DNA of 64,000 nucleotides, from the IMG/VR virus record IMGVR_UViG_3300008114_000011; one strand, given 5' to 3'. The notes under the pieces were generated by a model, which saw only the letters and a program-made list of their open reading frames with translations, did no database searches and was not told the DNA's origin. This stretch comes from a virus. Lineage: Duplodnaviria > Heunggongvirae > Uroviricota > Caudoviricetes. The position numbers were made by a program, and so were the translations under genes. Positions within the stretch are counted from its first letter, which is position 1. Each line of letters opens with the position of its first letter. Below, in pieces: positions 41,332 through 49,881 of the stretch.

Positions 41332-41820
41332 ATGAAGATTTTGATTCTTGGTAACATGAGGTCTGGAAAAGACACACTCGCTGAATTATTAAATGAGTAT
41401 TTCGGAATGACTTACAGATCTTCATCCGAAATGGCAAATGAGCTATTCATTTACGACACAATTAAAGATGAATATGGTTACCAATCAATCGAAGAGTGTT
41501 TTGAAGATAGAGTAAACCATAGAAGTTTATGGTATAAACTTATCTGTTTCTTCAACAAAGAAGATAAAGCCAAGTTAGCAAAAGCCATCTTGAAAGAAAA
41601 TGATTGTTATGTTGGAATGAGAGATTTAGAAGAGTTTGAAGCGTCTAAACATCTTTTTGATATAATCATATGGGTTGATGCTTCAAAGCGTCTTGGTAAC
41701 TCTGAAATCACAAATAAAATATCAATCGAAGATGCTCATATTGTTGTACATAATAATGGTACATTTGAAGAGTTTCAAGAAAAAGCAAAAGTAATCGGTA
41801 AATTATTGTTTAAAAAATGA
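41332..41820 (+). CDS. deoxynucleoside monophosphate kinase-like P-loop kinase
   Basis: MKILILGNMRSGKDTLAELL resembles the T4 gp1-type GxxRSGKDT P-loop. Confidence 0.65.
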   Translation: MKILILGNMRSGKDTLAELLNEYFGMTYRSSSEMANELFIYDTIKDEYGYQSIEECFEDRVNHRSLWYKLICFFNKEDKAKLAKAILKENDCYVGMRDLEEFEASKHLFDIIIWVDASKRLGNSEITNKISIEDAHIVVHNNGTFEEFQEKAKVIGKLLFKK

Positions 41821-42071
41821 AGATTGATATCGATGTAATGAGGAAGATACTAATTATCTTAAAAGAAGAAAACACAGCAAATGTAAATGATATTTGGTTT
41901 GATGATTGTGTTGAGGTTATTAGACTTAGAGAAATCCACGTAGAAATGTTATCAGTTGATTTATTCCACCCGGAACGCAGAATAATGGGTAATTTTTATT
42001 TCGGTAAATGTAGAGTTAATGAGGTTTTAAGAAAAGAAAGAGAAAATAAATTAAATGAGTTAGGTATTTAA
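41817..42071 (+). CDS. ELGI-tail family small protein
   Basis: 84 aa; C-term RKERENKLNELGI. Confidence 0.6.
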   Translation: MKIDIDVMRKILIILKEENTANVNDIWFDDCVEVIRLREIHVEMLSVDLFHPERRIMGNFYFGKCRVNEVLRKERENKLNELGI

Positions 42072-42103
42072 AATATTTTTATTATCTTTACAAAAAAAAC
42101 AAT

Positions 42104-42394
42104 ATGATATTTAGATTTTTAATCGCATTTGTTCCACTTATTATAGTCATGATTATGATCTATAAGGTATTGGAAAAACCAAAGAAAGTACGTGAACCCA
42201 GTAAGTTTATGACTTTAATCAACAAACCTTTTTTTAAAATACCGATTGGTATTATTATTTCACTAATCTCAATCTTATTAGCTCTGAGATTTGCGAAAGT
42301 CTTACCACTTGTTGGTAAAATCGCGGTGATTGGATTAGAATTCACAATCATCTATTTAGTAGTAAATTATTTAATAATCAATAAACAAAAATAA
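42104..42394 (+). CDS. small multi-span membrane protein (possible NfeD-like partner of the SPFH gene)
   Basis: Three hydrophobic segments; directly upstream of the prohibitin-like gene. Confidence 0.5.
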   Translation: MIFRFLIAFVPLIIVMIMIYKVLEKPKKVREPSKFMTLINKPFFKIPIGIIISLISILLALRFAKVLPLVGKIAVIGLEFTIIYLVVNYLIINKQK

Positions 42395-42396
42395 AA

Positions 42397-43242
42397 ATGG
42401 AAATGACACCAAAAAACATCATTAAATTAGTAGCGATTTCTTTAGTTTCGCTTATCAGTATTATCATCTTTATCACGTCTTGGGAAGATGTAGAACAAGG
42501 TTCAGAAGGGTTCCTTTATAAACCATATAGTGGAGGTATCCAAAAAGAAGTAATCTATGACGAGGGTACTTACTTTGTAGCTCCTTGGAACGAAATGGTT
42601 ACTTACAACATTCGTCAACAATCAAAACGTGATACAACAACCGTAATGGATATCAACGGTACAGATATCACAGTTGTTTTATCAACTAACTATTCAGCGG
42701 CTAAAGGTAAAACACCTAAACTACACTTAAAACACGGACCTGGTTATATCCAAGTTATTGATGATAAAGTGAAAGGTGCTATTAAAGACGTAATTGGTCG
42801 ATATACTTACCAAGAGGTTTACTCAACTAAACGTGAAGCACTTGAAGAAGAGATTGAGGAAATCCTAAGAGAAGACTTTTCTAAAAACTTTATAACATTG
42901 AACTATGTTGAGTTAGCAGACGTAAACTTACCAGGAGCAATTGCGAATGAGATTGTTAGTAAAGAAACTCAAAAACAGCGAAACTTAACTTCTGAGTTAA
43001 AGAAAACTGAAGAGAAAAACTTAGCAGACGCTAGAATTGAAAAAGCACGTGGTGACTCTTCTTTAATCATTACAGCAACCTTTAAAGCAGAAGCAATTAA
43101 GAAAGAGGCTCAACAATTAAATAAAAACCCTCAGTATATCGAATACATTAAGTGGAAAGGATACGCTGATGGTCAAGGTTCACCTTATGGTTCTGGCAAC
43201 GTCTTTGGTTCAGGGACTACTGTGATAAAAGGAATTAAGTAA
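42397..43242 (+). CDS. SPFH/band-7 (prohibitin/HflC-like) protein
   Basis: N-terminal TM then GSEGFLYKPYSGGIQKEVIYDEGTYFVAPWNEMVTYNIRQQ; coiled Glu/Lys-rich C-terminal region. Confidence 0.75.
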   Translation: MEMTPKNIIKLVAISLVSLISIIIFITSWEDVEQGSEGFLYKPYSGGIQKEVIYDEGTYFVAPWNEMVTYNIRQQSKRDTTTVMDINGTDITVVLSTNYSAAKGKTPKLHLKHGPGYIQVIDDKVKGAIKDVIGRYTYQEVYSTKREALEEEIEEILREDFSKNFITLNYVELADVNLPGAIANEIVSKETQKQRNLTSELKKTEEKNLADARIEKARGDSSLIITATFKAEAIKKEAQQLNKNPQYIEYIKWKGYADGQGSPYGSGNVFGSGTTVIKGIK

Positions 43243-43258
43243 TAAACAGTTTAACTAA

Positions 43259-43290
43259 ATGAGTCACCTAAATGGTGACTCATTTTTATT
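43259..43290 (+). terminator. rho-independent terminator
   Basis: ATGAGTCACC-taaat-GGTGACTCAT followed by TTTTATTT. Confidence 0.65.
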
Positions 43291-43300
43291 TATAATAAAT

Positions 43301-43897
43301 ATGAATATCTTTAAAAGACTTTACAATTACTTTTTAGAAAAAGTTGAGAAACAAAAAGAAATAATTGAGGAAAAAGAAATAGAACGCAAGGTAGAAAAAG
43401 CTCTTAACAATGTATGTAAAAGTTGTAATGGTATTGGAATAGTAGATCATGAAAATGCTGAGTTTCGAACTGTTAAACATTGGTGTAACTGTAAAGTGCA
43501 TGAAAATGGTAGACCACCAGGTGATGCTTGGTCATTTGATATTAGATGGAGAGAGTGTTATAAGATGATTATAATGTCTAATTCTGAATTTGATAAACCA
43601 AACATGACATCTATTTCCGAAATTAAAACATCTCTACCAAGACCGGAACTAGTATTTGAACCTTATATAAAACTTTATATACATGAAGATAATAAAGTAG
43701 TAAAGATTGTTACATTTGAGAAAAAATATGGGTATAATAGATTCTTAGGTTTAGGAAATTATAAACCAGAAGTATCAAATACAAAAAAAGTTTTTTATTG
43801 GGATCATATTGATGTTCAATCGTGGATCACAGATGAAGATAATAAAATTTTTCTTAGTGAATTAAGAGATATTAAATTAAAAGAACTCGGAATATAG
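43301..43897 (+). CDS. ELGI-tail family protein with CxxC pairs
   Basis: ATG 43301 (the track start lies inside the terminator); CKSCNG...CNCKVH; C-term ELRDIKLKELGI. Confidence 0.6.
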   Translation: MNIFKRLYNYFLEKVEKQKEIIEEKEIERKVEKALNNVCKSCNGIGIVDHENAEFRTVKHWCNCKVHENGRPPGDAWSFDIRWRECYKMIIMSNSEFDKPNMTSISEIKTSLPRPELVFEPYIKLYIHEDNKVVKIVTFEKKYGYNRFLGLGNYKPEVSNTKKVFYWDHIDVQSWITDEDNKIFLSELRDIKLKELGI

Positions 43898-43920
43898 TTT
43901 ATTTTCCATATCTTTGTTAT

Positions 43921-44130
43921 ATGGAAAAAATAAACAAAATATTGAACAACGGCTTTAGTGATATAAAAGTATTTTATGAAAAAGTTGATGATGAATATAT
44001 TGTTTATCAAAAGTATAATTTTTTCTGGGTGAAATTTAAAAGTAAAGTTATTTCTTGTAGAAATTTTGAAACTTTAAAAGAAGTAGATAATAGATGTAAT
44101 TTAGGACTATTTGAGAAATCCTCAAAATAG
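43921..44130 (+). CDS. hypothetical small protein
   Basis: 69 aa ORF. Confidence 0.45.
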   Translation: MEKINKILNNGFSDIKVFYEKVDDEYIVYQKYNFFWVKFKSKVISCRNFETLKEVDNRCNLGLFEKSSK

Positions 44131-44152
44131 ATAATTAATATCATGATGTTAC

Positions 44153-44410
44153 ATGAAAGTTAAATGTATTTCCAATCAAAAGAGATGGGGTGGGTCAGTT
44201 AGTACCTACCCTTTAGTAGTTGGTAAAGTATATAATGTTATATCAACTGGTCACGTACCATTTGTTTCGAGAAGATATGATGATTATAGTGGACCTTTCT
44301 ATAAAGTCACTAATGAAGATGGTGTAGAGGGTAATTATAGTGATGATATTATGAGACCATTAAATAAGTCTGAAATGAGAGACGAATTGTTAAAAGAGTT
44401 GGGTATATGA
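44153..44410 (+). CDS. ELGI-tail family small protein (MKVICI subfamily)
   Basis: MKVKCISNQ...SEMRDELLKELGI. Confidence 0.65.
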   Translation: MKVKCISNQKRWGGSVSTYPLVVGKVYNVISTGHVPFVSRRYDDYSGPFYKVTNEDGVEGNYSDDIMRPLNKSEMRDELLKELGI

Positions 44411-44625
44411 TTGGAATTATTTGGGTTTGTGTTGACAATACTGCTAATGAACATAGACTAACTGTTGGTAAAAAATATACCGAGATTTTAAATAAATTTG
44501 CTGATCTTGATTGTATTTTAATAAAAGATGATAATGGTATGATATCAGAGGTTTATCAACCTGGTTTCTTTATTAAAATTGATGAATGGAGAGATAGTCA
44601 GTTAAGAAAAATTGGAATAAAATGA
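44407..44625 (+). CDS. ELGI-tail family small protein
   Basis: 72 aa; C-term DEWRDSQLRKIGIK. Confidence 0.65.
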   Translation: MIGIIWVCVDNTANEHRLTVGKKYTEILNKFADLDCILIKDDNGMISEVYQPGFFIKIDEWRDSQLRKIGIK

Positions 44626-44858
44626 TAAAAGTAATTTGTATAAATGAACCAGATATTTCTTATACAAGAAATAAAAAGTTAGAATTGAATAAACAATACA
44701 ACGCTAAAACCAATGAGGTTTCTTTAGGTTTTTCATATGGTATTGTTTATATGTATAAGATATTTGATGGTAATAACTATCTTGGTGAGTATTATAGACG
44801 TGATTTTCTCACTGTTGAAGAATATCGTGATAAAAAATTAGAATCAATTTTAGACTAA
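44622..44858 (+). CDS. ELGI-tail family small protein (MKVICI subfamily)
   Basis: MIKVICINEPD...EEYRDKKLESILD. Confidence 0.65.
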   Translation: MIKVICINEPDISYTRNKKLELNKQYNAKTNEVSLGFSYGIVYMYKIFDGNNYLGEYYRRDFLTVEEYRDKKLESILD

Positions 44859-45163
44859 TGAAATTCTTCACTGATTATAAAAATTTAAAATGTAACTATG
44901 AACAATTTGAGTTCATAAAACCTTATCTTTATGCTGATGGTTGGGATTGGTATAATGGTGATATATTCTTGTATGACGAATCAAATGAAAATATTGATGA
45001 TTATCTTGATGATTTAGTTATGATACAACCACATTATAAATATGAAGAAGATAAAAATCATAAATTCTTTATTCCTTATTATGAAGATGAAATTGAATAC
45101 TTAAAATTTGAAAAAGATGTTAAAGAAATAATCAGAGAAATTAAATTAAATGAATTATTATGA
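44858..45163 (+). CDS. ELGI-tail family protein
   Basis: 101 aa; C-term IIREIKLNELL. Confidence 0.6.
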   Translation: MKFFTDYKNLKCNYEQFEFIKPYLYADGWDWYNGDIFLYDESNENIDDYLDDLVMIQPHYKYEEDKNHKFFIPYYEDEIEYLKFEKDVKEIIREIKLNELL

Positions 45164-45411
45164 GCCCGTATAAAATATCTGGTGTAGAAAGGCGAAAACT
45201 CAAAAAAGAACTTTCTGAATTAAAATACTTTGTTAAAATGTTTTGGCACTTCGAAGATATAGATAGAGTTTATGGTGGTGGTTTAACAGACAAAGAATGT
45301 GATGATTTAATAGAAGAAAAGAATAAAGAAATAGAAAAGTTAGAAAGTTTATTAAATGAACCTTCTGATCAAATAGTTAGAGATTTTAAATTAAATGAAT
45401 TAGGTATATGA
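45160..45411 (+). CDS. ELGI-tail family small protein
   Basis: 83 aa; C-term QIVRDFKLNELGI. Confidence 0.6.
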   Translation: MSPYKISGVERRKLKKELSELKYFVKMFWHFEDIDRVYGGGLTDKECDDLIEEKNKEIEKLESLLNEPSDQIVRDFKLNELGI

Positions 45412-46004
45412 TAGTTTTAGTATTGTTATTGATAGCATCACAAGTTTTTCTATTTGTGAAATATTCAGAGTTATTAAAAGTAAAGAAAGAAAGTGAAGAG
45501 GTTATTGAAAAGTATAAAGATGTTAAGATAGTTGCTAATATACCTGAAGAGCCTCAATATGAAGATATCGAACCTGATTATAAAACATTTTATAATTTTA
45601 TGGAGAACATAAAGTTAGAAAACTGGAAGGTAAAGATTGATGATGATTATTGTACGGATACTTATTCATATTGGACGGTTTTGATTGAGTCACATGATGG
45701 TGAATATTGTATGTATATTTCATTAAATTGTTACGATGGTAAACAAGTTGAATTTTCAACTTGTCGAATTGGTAGAACACAATTAGGTGTCGGTAATACA
45801 GAACATCATCTATACATAAAAAGTACAACAAAACACCAAATTAAGAAAGATGTTACTATATTTGCATGGGATTATATTATCAAATATTATGAAGATAAAA
45901 ATCAGAAAATATTTGATAAAATAAAAGATAATATTGATGTTATCAATAAGAGTATGAAAACATTAAATCGTAGTAATAGATTGGATGGTATTTTAAAATT
46001 TTAA
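45408..46004 (+). CDS. membrane-anchored protein with degenerate tail
   Basis: N-term MIVLVLLLIASQVFLFV; C-term LNRSNRLDGILKF. Confidence 0.55.
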   Translation: MIVLVLLLIASQVFLFVKYSELLKVKKESEEVIEKYKDVKIVANIPEEPQYEDIEPDYKTFYNFMENIKLENWKVKIDDDYCTDTYSYWTVLIESHDGEYCMYISLNCYDGKQVEFSTCRIGRTQLGVGNTEHHLYIKSTTKHQIKKDVTIFAWDYIIKYYEDKNQKIFDKIKDNIDVINKSMKTLNRSNRLDGILKF

Positions 46005-46006
46005 TT

Positions 46007-46366
46007 ATGAATATTAAAATAGGAGAACGAGAATACAAAACCATGGATATGCTTGGGAAAGCATCAGAATTAAAAAAAGCCGGAACTGTTGTACTTCATC
46101 TTTATGATTGTGTTGAAGATGATTTAAATTACTTAAAATCATTTCCGGAAATTGATAAAATGGTGTGTATGAAAAGACATTACACTTGGGTATTCTTGAA
46201 TTGTGAGATTCAGACTTTACATTTCGCTCCTGCGAGATGGAGTTATAATCATGAACACAAAGATTTAATTGTTACTTTTAAATTCAAAGATATAGTTGGC
46301 TCACATAGTGATGAATTGGTAAAAGGTAAAATCAGAGATAAAAAATTAAAAGAATTATTAAAATAA
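46007..46366 (+). CDS. ELGI-tail family protein
   Basis: 119 aa; C-term GKIRDKKLKELLK. Confidence 0.6.
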   Translation: MNIKIGEREYKTMDMLGKASELKKAGTVVLHLYDCVEDDLNYLKSFPEIDKMVCMKRHYTWVFLNCEIQTLHFAPARWSYNHEHKDLIVTFKFKDIVGSHSDELVKGKIRDKKLKELLK

Positions 46367-46404
46367 TTTCCCGTCTGAGGGAGTAAGTTTTTTATATATA
46401 GATA

Positions 46405-47193
46405 ATGGGAAAACATTATTTATATAAACATATAAGAAATGATAGTAATATCATTTTCTATATTGGTATAGGGACAAAAAATAAATCTGATATAACTTAT
46501 AATAAGTATAGTAGGGCTTTTAATAAAAAAAGGAGAAATAAACATTGGTTAAATACAGTTTCTTTATTGAATGATGATTATTCAATTGAGATAGTATGTG
46601 AGACCGATGATTATGAATATGTGAAAAGTCTAGAAAAAAATCTGATTTTATTTTATGGTAGAAAGGATCTAGGTTTAGGTAATTTAGTAAATATGACAGA
46701 TGGTGGTGATGGTCAAATAAAAAGAGTTTGGAGTGAAGAGTCTAGGAAGAAGGCATCTAAATCACACATTGGTAAAGTAATTGATGGTGAGTGGAAGAAA
46801 AATTTAATAAAAGCTAGATTTGGAAATAAATCACATTCTGGTCGAACTTTTTCAGATGAACATAGAAAAAAAATATCAGAAGCAGGTAAGGGAAAAATAC
46901 CTTGGAATAAGAATAGAGAATTATCCAATGATGAGATTGAAAAAATAAAAAAGGGTATAGAAGAAAATAAAAAAATTTGTTATATTTGTAATGTTGAGTG
47001 TGACTCTGCTAATTATAATAGATGGCATGGTGATAAATGTGAGATGGGATCTATTTTAGATAGGGTTGATGAGATAAAGGATTTATTGTATAATAAAGTT
47101 CCTTTACTTAGGATTAGTAGAGTTTTAGGAATAAAGTATAAATTATTGAGAAGATTAAAAGAGTCAGTTTTATTTAAAGAAGAATTATTATGA
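46405..47193 (+). CDS. GIY-YIG homing endonuclease with NUMOD3-like repeats
   Basis: HYLYKHIRNDSNIIFYIGIGT (GIY...YIG); repeats SEESRKKASKSHIGK and SDEHRKKISEAGKGK. Confidence 0.75.
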   Translation: MGKHYLYKHIRNDSNIIFYIGIGTKNKSDITYNKYSRAFNKKRRNKHWLNTVSLLNDDYSIEIVCETDDYEYVKSLEKNLILFYGRKDLGLGNLVNMTDGGDGQIKRVWSEESRKKASKSHIGKVIDGEWKKNLIKARFGNKSHSGRTFSDEHRKKISEAGKGKIPWNKNRELSNDEIEKIKKGIEENKKICYICNVECDSANYNRWHGDKCEMGSILDRVDEIKDLLYNKVPLLRISRVLGIKYKLLRRLKESVLFKEELL

Positions 47194-47963
47194 AATATTT
47201 AAAAAAGAAATATCCGGATGGTAGCTTTTATGTTGAAGTAGAGGATTTTAGTGAACCTATAATAACCGAAAGAATAAATTCATATGAGGACCTTTTTTTC
47301 ATAAAATCCATCAAAGAGGTTTGTGATTTTAATGGAATTAAAGATGTTGAGTTATTTATACCATGTATGTTTCAACAGCAACATGACCGTAGATTTTTTG
47401 ATAATCAATCATTTGAACTAAAGATAGTTTGTGACTTTATCAACTCATGTAATTTTAGTAAAGTTTATGTTTTCCATCCACATTCTGATTCCACTCAAAT
47501 GGGATTGAATAATATTAGAGTTGTTGATAATTCTAAATTTATATCAAGTGTTTTAAGTAGAATTGATTCTAATCCAATATTATTTTCAACAGATGCTGGT
47601 TCATTTAAATGGATAAATAAATTAGTTGATAAAATAGGATTTAATGGTGATGTTTATTGTGCTAGTAAGTCTAGAGATTTAAAAACACATGATTTGAAGC
47701 AAGTTATTGATTGTTCTGATTTTGGTGGTAGAGATATATTAGTATTGGATGATTTATGTGTAAAGGGTGGTACATTTATAGGTCTATTGAATATGTTAAA
47801 GGAGAGAAATGTTGGTAAGATATACTTAGCAGTTAGTCATATGACTATTCAAGATCCAAATACAAGTCTTGAGTGTTATGATAAGATATTTACTACTAAT
47901 AGTAAGTATGACTATTATGTTCTAAATAATTTAGAATTGATTGATTATAAAAGTATTATATAA
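47190..47963 (+). CDS. prs: ribose-phosphate pyrophosphokinase (PRPP synthetase)-like protein
   Basis: LFIPCMFQQQHDRRF resembles the Prs xPYxxYxRQDR block; PRPP-binding loop DILVLDDLCVKGGTF. Confidence 0.6.
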   Translation: MKYLKKKYPDGSFYVEVEDFSEPIITERINSYEDLFFIKSIKEVCDFNGIKDVELFIPCMFQQQHDRRFFDNQSFELKIVCDFINSCNFSKVYVFHPHSDSTQMGLNNIRVVDNSKFISSVLSRIDSNPILFSTDAGSFKWINKLVDKIGFNGDVYCASKSRDLKTHDLKQVIDCSDFGGRDILVLDDLCVKGGTFIGLLNMLKERNVGKIYLAVSHMTIQDPNTSLECYDKIFTTNSKYDYYVLNNLELIDYKSII

Positions 47964-47968
47964 AAGAT

Positions 47969-48826
47969 ATGAAAAACTTTAAAATAGGAGGTGTTCCCGA
48001 ACACTTCAACTTACCTTGGCGTTTAGCCATTGAAGAAGGAAGATTAAATGATTTAGATGTAAATCTACACTGGTCTGATATGACTGGTGGTACTGGTCAA
48101 ATGATTAAAGGTTTACAAGCAGGTTCAATTGACATCGCAGTTCTTCTTACTGAAGGAATTACAAAAGCAATTTTAGATGGTTTGGATGCCAAAATATTAA
48201 CAGTTTATGTTAAAAGTCCATTACGATGGGGTATTCACGTACCTTTTAATTCAGAAATGAAAACTTCTGATGATATCAAAGGTAAAACATTTGCTATCTC
48301 AAGAGAAGGTTCTGGTTCACACTTAATGGCTTATGTAAACTCATTTCAAAGAGGTTGGAATACCGATGATTTAAAGTTTGAAGTTGTTGGTGATGTTTAT
48401 GGTGGTTTATGGGCTTTAGAGAATGGGCAGTCTGATGTTTTCTTATGGGAAAAGTTTACAACTTATCCATTTGTTAAAGCAGAGAAATGTAAATGTATCG
48501 GTGAAGTTGTAACACCTTGGCCCTGTTTCGTAGTTGCTGTTAGAAACGAGATCTATGAACAACACAAAGATTTGTTAAGAGAAGTTATGAAAGTCGTTGG
48601 TGGTGTCGCAAATGAGATTAAAAACCCATCATTACATGATTTCTATTCAAATGAAATTTCTTGGAGATATAACTTAGAAAAAGATCAAGCTTCTACTTGG
48701 TTGAATGAAGTAGAATGGAACTACACTGGTGATAATGATGTTAATGATTATGAATTAGTAGTTGATTATCTACAAAAAATATCTCTTATTGAAGAAAATA
48801 AAGACTGGAAATCTAAATTATTTTAG
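47969..48826 (+). CDS. NMT1/THI5-like periplasmic-binding-fold protein (tentative)
   Basis: N-term KIGGVPEHFNLPW recalled as typical of the NMT1/THI5-like family; assignment from memory only. Confidence 0.4.
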   Translation: MKNFKIGGVPEHFNLPWRLAIEEGRLNDLDVNLHWSDMTGGTGQMIKGLQAGSIDIAVLLTEGITKAILDGLDAKILTVYVKSPLRWGIHVPFNSEMKTSDDIKGKTFAISREGSGSHLMAYVNSFQRGWNTDDLKFEVVGDVYGGLWALENGQSDVFLWEKFTTYPFVKAEKCKCIGEVVTPWPCFVVAVRNEIYEQHKDLLREVMKVVGGVANEIKNPSLHDFYSNEISWRYNLEKDQASTWLNEVEWNYTGDNDVNDYELVVDYLQKISLIEENKDWKSKLF

Positions 48827-48871
48827 AGGTAATAGGTTCTTATATATATAAGTATAAAAGAAGTGATACTT

Positions 48872-49846
48872 ATGTTAGAAGAATTTATAAAAAAATCGAT
48901 AGTTAAATTTGGTAATAAATTTGATTATAGTAAGTTTAATTATGTGAATGCTAAAACTAAATCTATAATCATATGCCCAGTACATAAAGATTTTTTTCAA
49001 ACACCTGATAAGCATTTACGTTCAAAATATGGATGTAAATTATGTTGGGAAATTGAAAAAAAGAAAATAAAAAGAGATTATGTAAAGGGTCCAAATATCA
49101 TTTCAAAAGATGAGTTCTTGGGTAGATGTTATGAGAAGTTTGGTGATAAATTCAAATACGATTTATCAAACTACAATGGGTTTGTTGGTGATTATATAAA
49201 AATAACTTGTTCAGAACATGGTGATTTTTATACAAAACCGAATATACATTTATTAAGTAATAACACCTATGGGTGTAAATTATGTGCTAATGATAATAGA
49301 GTACTCAATAAAACACAAACCTATGATGATGTTATAGAAAAATTATCAAATATTTATAATGATAAATATATTTATCCTGAATATAATAGAGATACTTATA
49401 TTAACAAGAGGTCGAAAATAGATATAATTTGTCCGGATCATGGGCTATTTGTTAAGAGTGTTCAAAAACACCAAAGCGGTCAATATTGTTTTGAGTGTAA
49501 AATTAAGAATATGGTTTTTAATAATATTTTAGTTGGTGGTTACACTGAGAAATTATTTGAAGATAAACCAGAATTAAAGGATAAAAAATCTAAATTATAT
49601 TATTTGAGAATAAATAATGGTGATTATTATAAAATAGGAATAACAACAGTTTCGGTTGAAAGTAGAATAAAGTCATTGAAGAGTAAATCTAAAGGTTTTA
49701 TAAAAGATGTTGAGATTTTATTTGAAAAGGAAATGTCTTTATATGAATCATATATCATGGAGAGTAAAATATTAAATGATAATATAGATAGTAGAGTTTA
49801 TAAAAAATGGAGTACTGAAATTTTCAACAAAAATGTTTTGGAATAA
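48872..49846 (+). CDS. homing-endonuclease-like protein (repeated Cys modules plus T5orf172/GIY-YIG-like C-terminal domain)
   Basis: Three repeats of FG.KF.Y....Y......I.C..HG.F......HL....GC..C; C-term LYYLRINNGDYYKIGITTVSVESRIKSLKS. Confidence 0.55.
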   Translation: MLEEFIKKSIVKFGNKFDYSKFNYVNAKTKSIIICPVHKDFFQTPDKHLRSKYGCKLCWEIEKKKIKRDYVKGPNIISKDEFLGRCYEKFGDKFKYDLSNYNGFVGDYIKITCSEHGDFYTKPNIHLLSNNTYGCKLCANDNRVLNKTQTYDDVIEKLSNIYNDKYIYPEYNRDTYINKRSKIDIICPDHGLFVKSVQKHQSGQYCFECKIKNMVFNNILVGGYTEKLFEDKPELKDKKSKLYYLRINNGDYYKIGITTVSVESRIKSLKSKSKGFIKDVEILFEKEMSLYESYIMESKILNDNIDSRVYKKWSTEIFNKNVLE

Positions 49847-49881
49847 TAGAATAATTATTATCTTTATAAAAAATAAAAACT

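Noticed and set aside
41237-41437. 66-aa - strand ORF upstream of and overlapping the dNMP kinase start
   Set aside because: It overlaps the well-supported P-loop kinase N-terminus on the opposite strand. Its product is Cys/Ser/Leu-rich low complexity.
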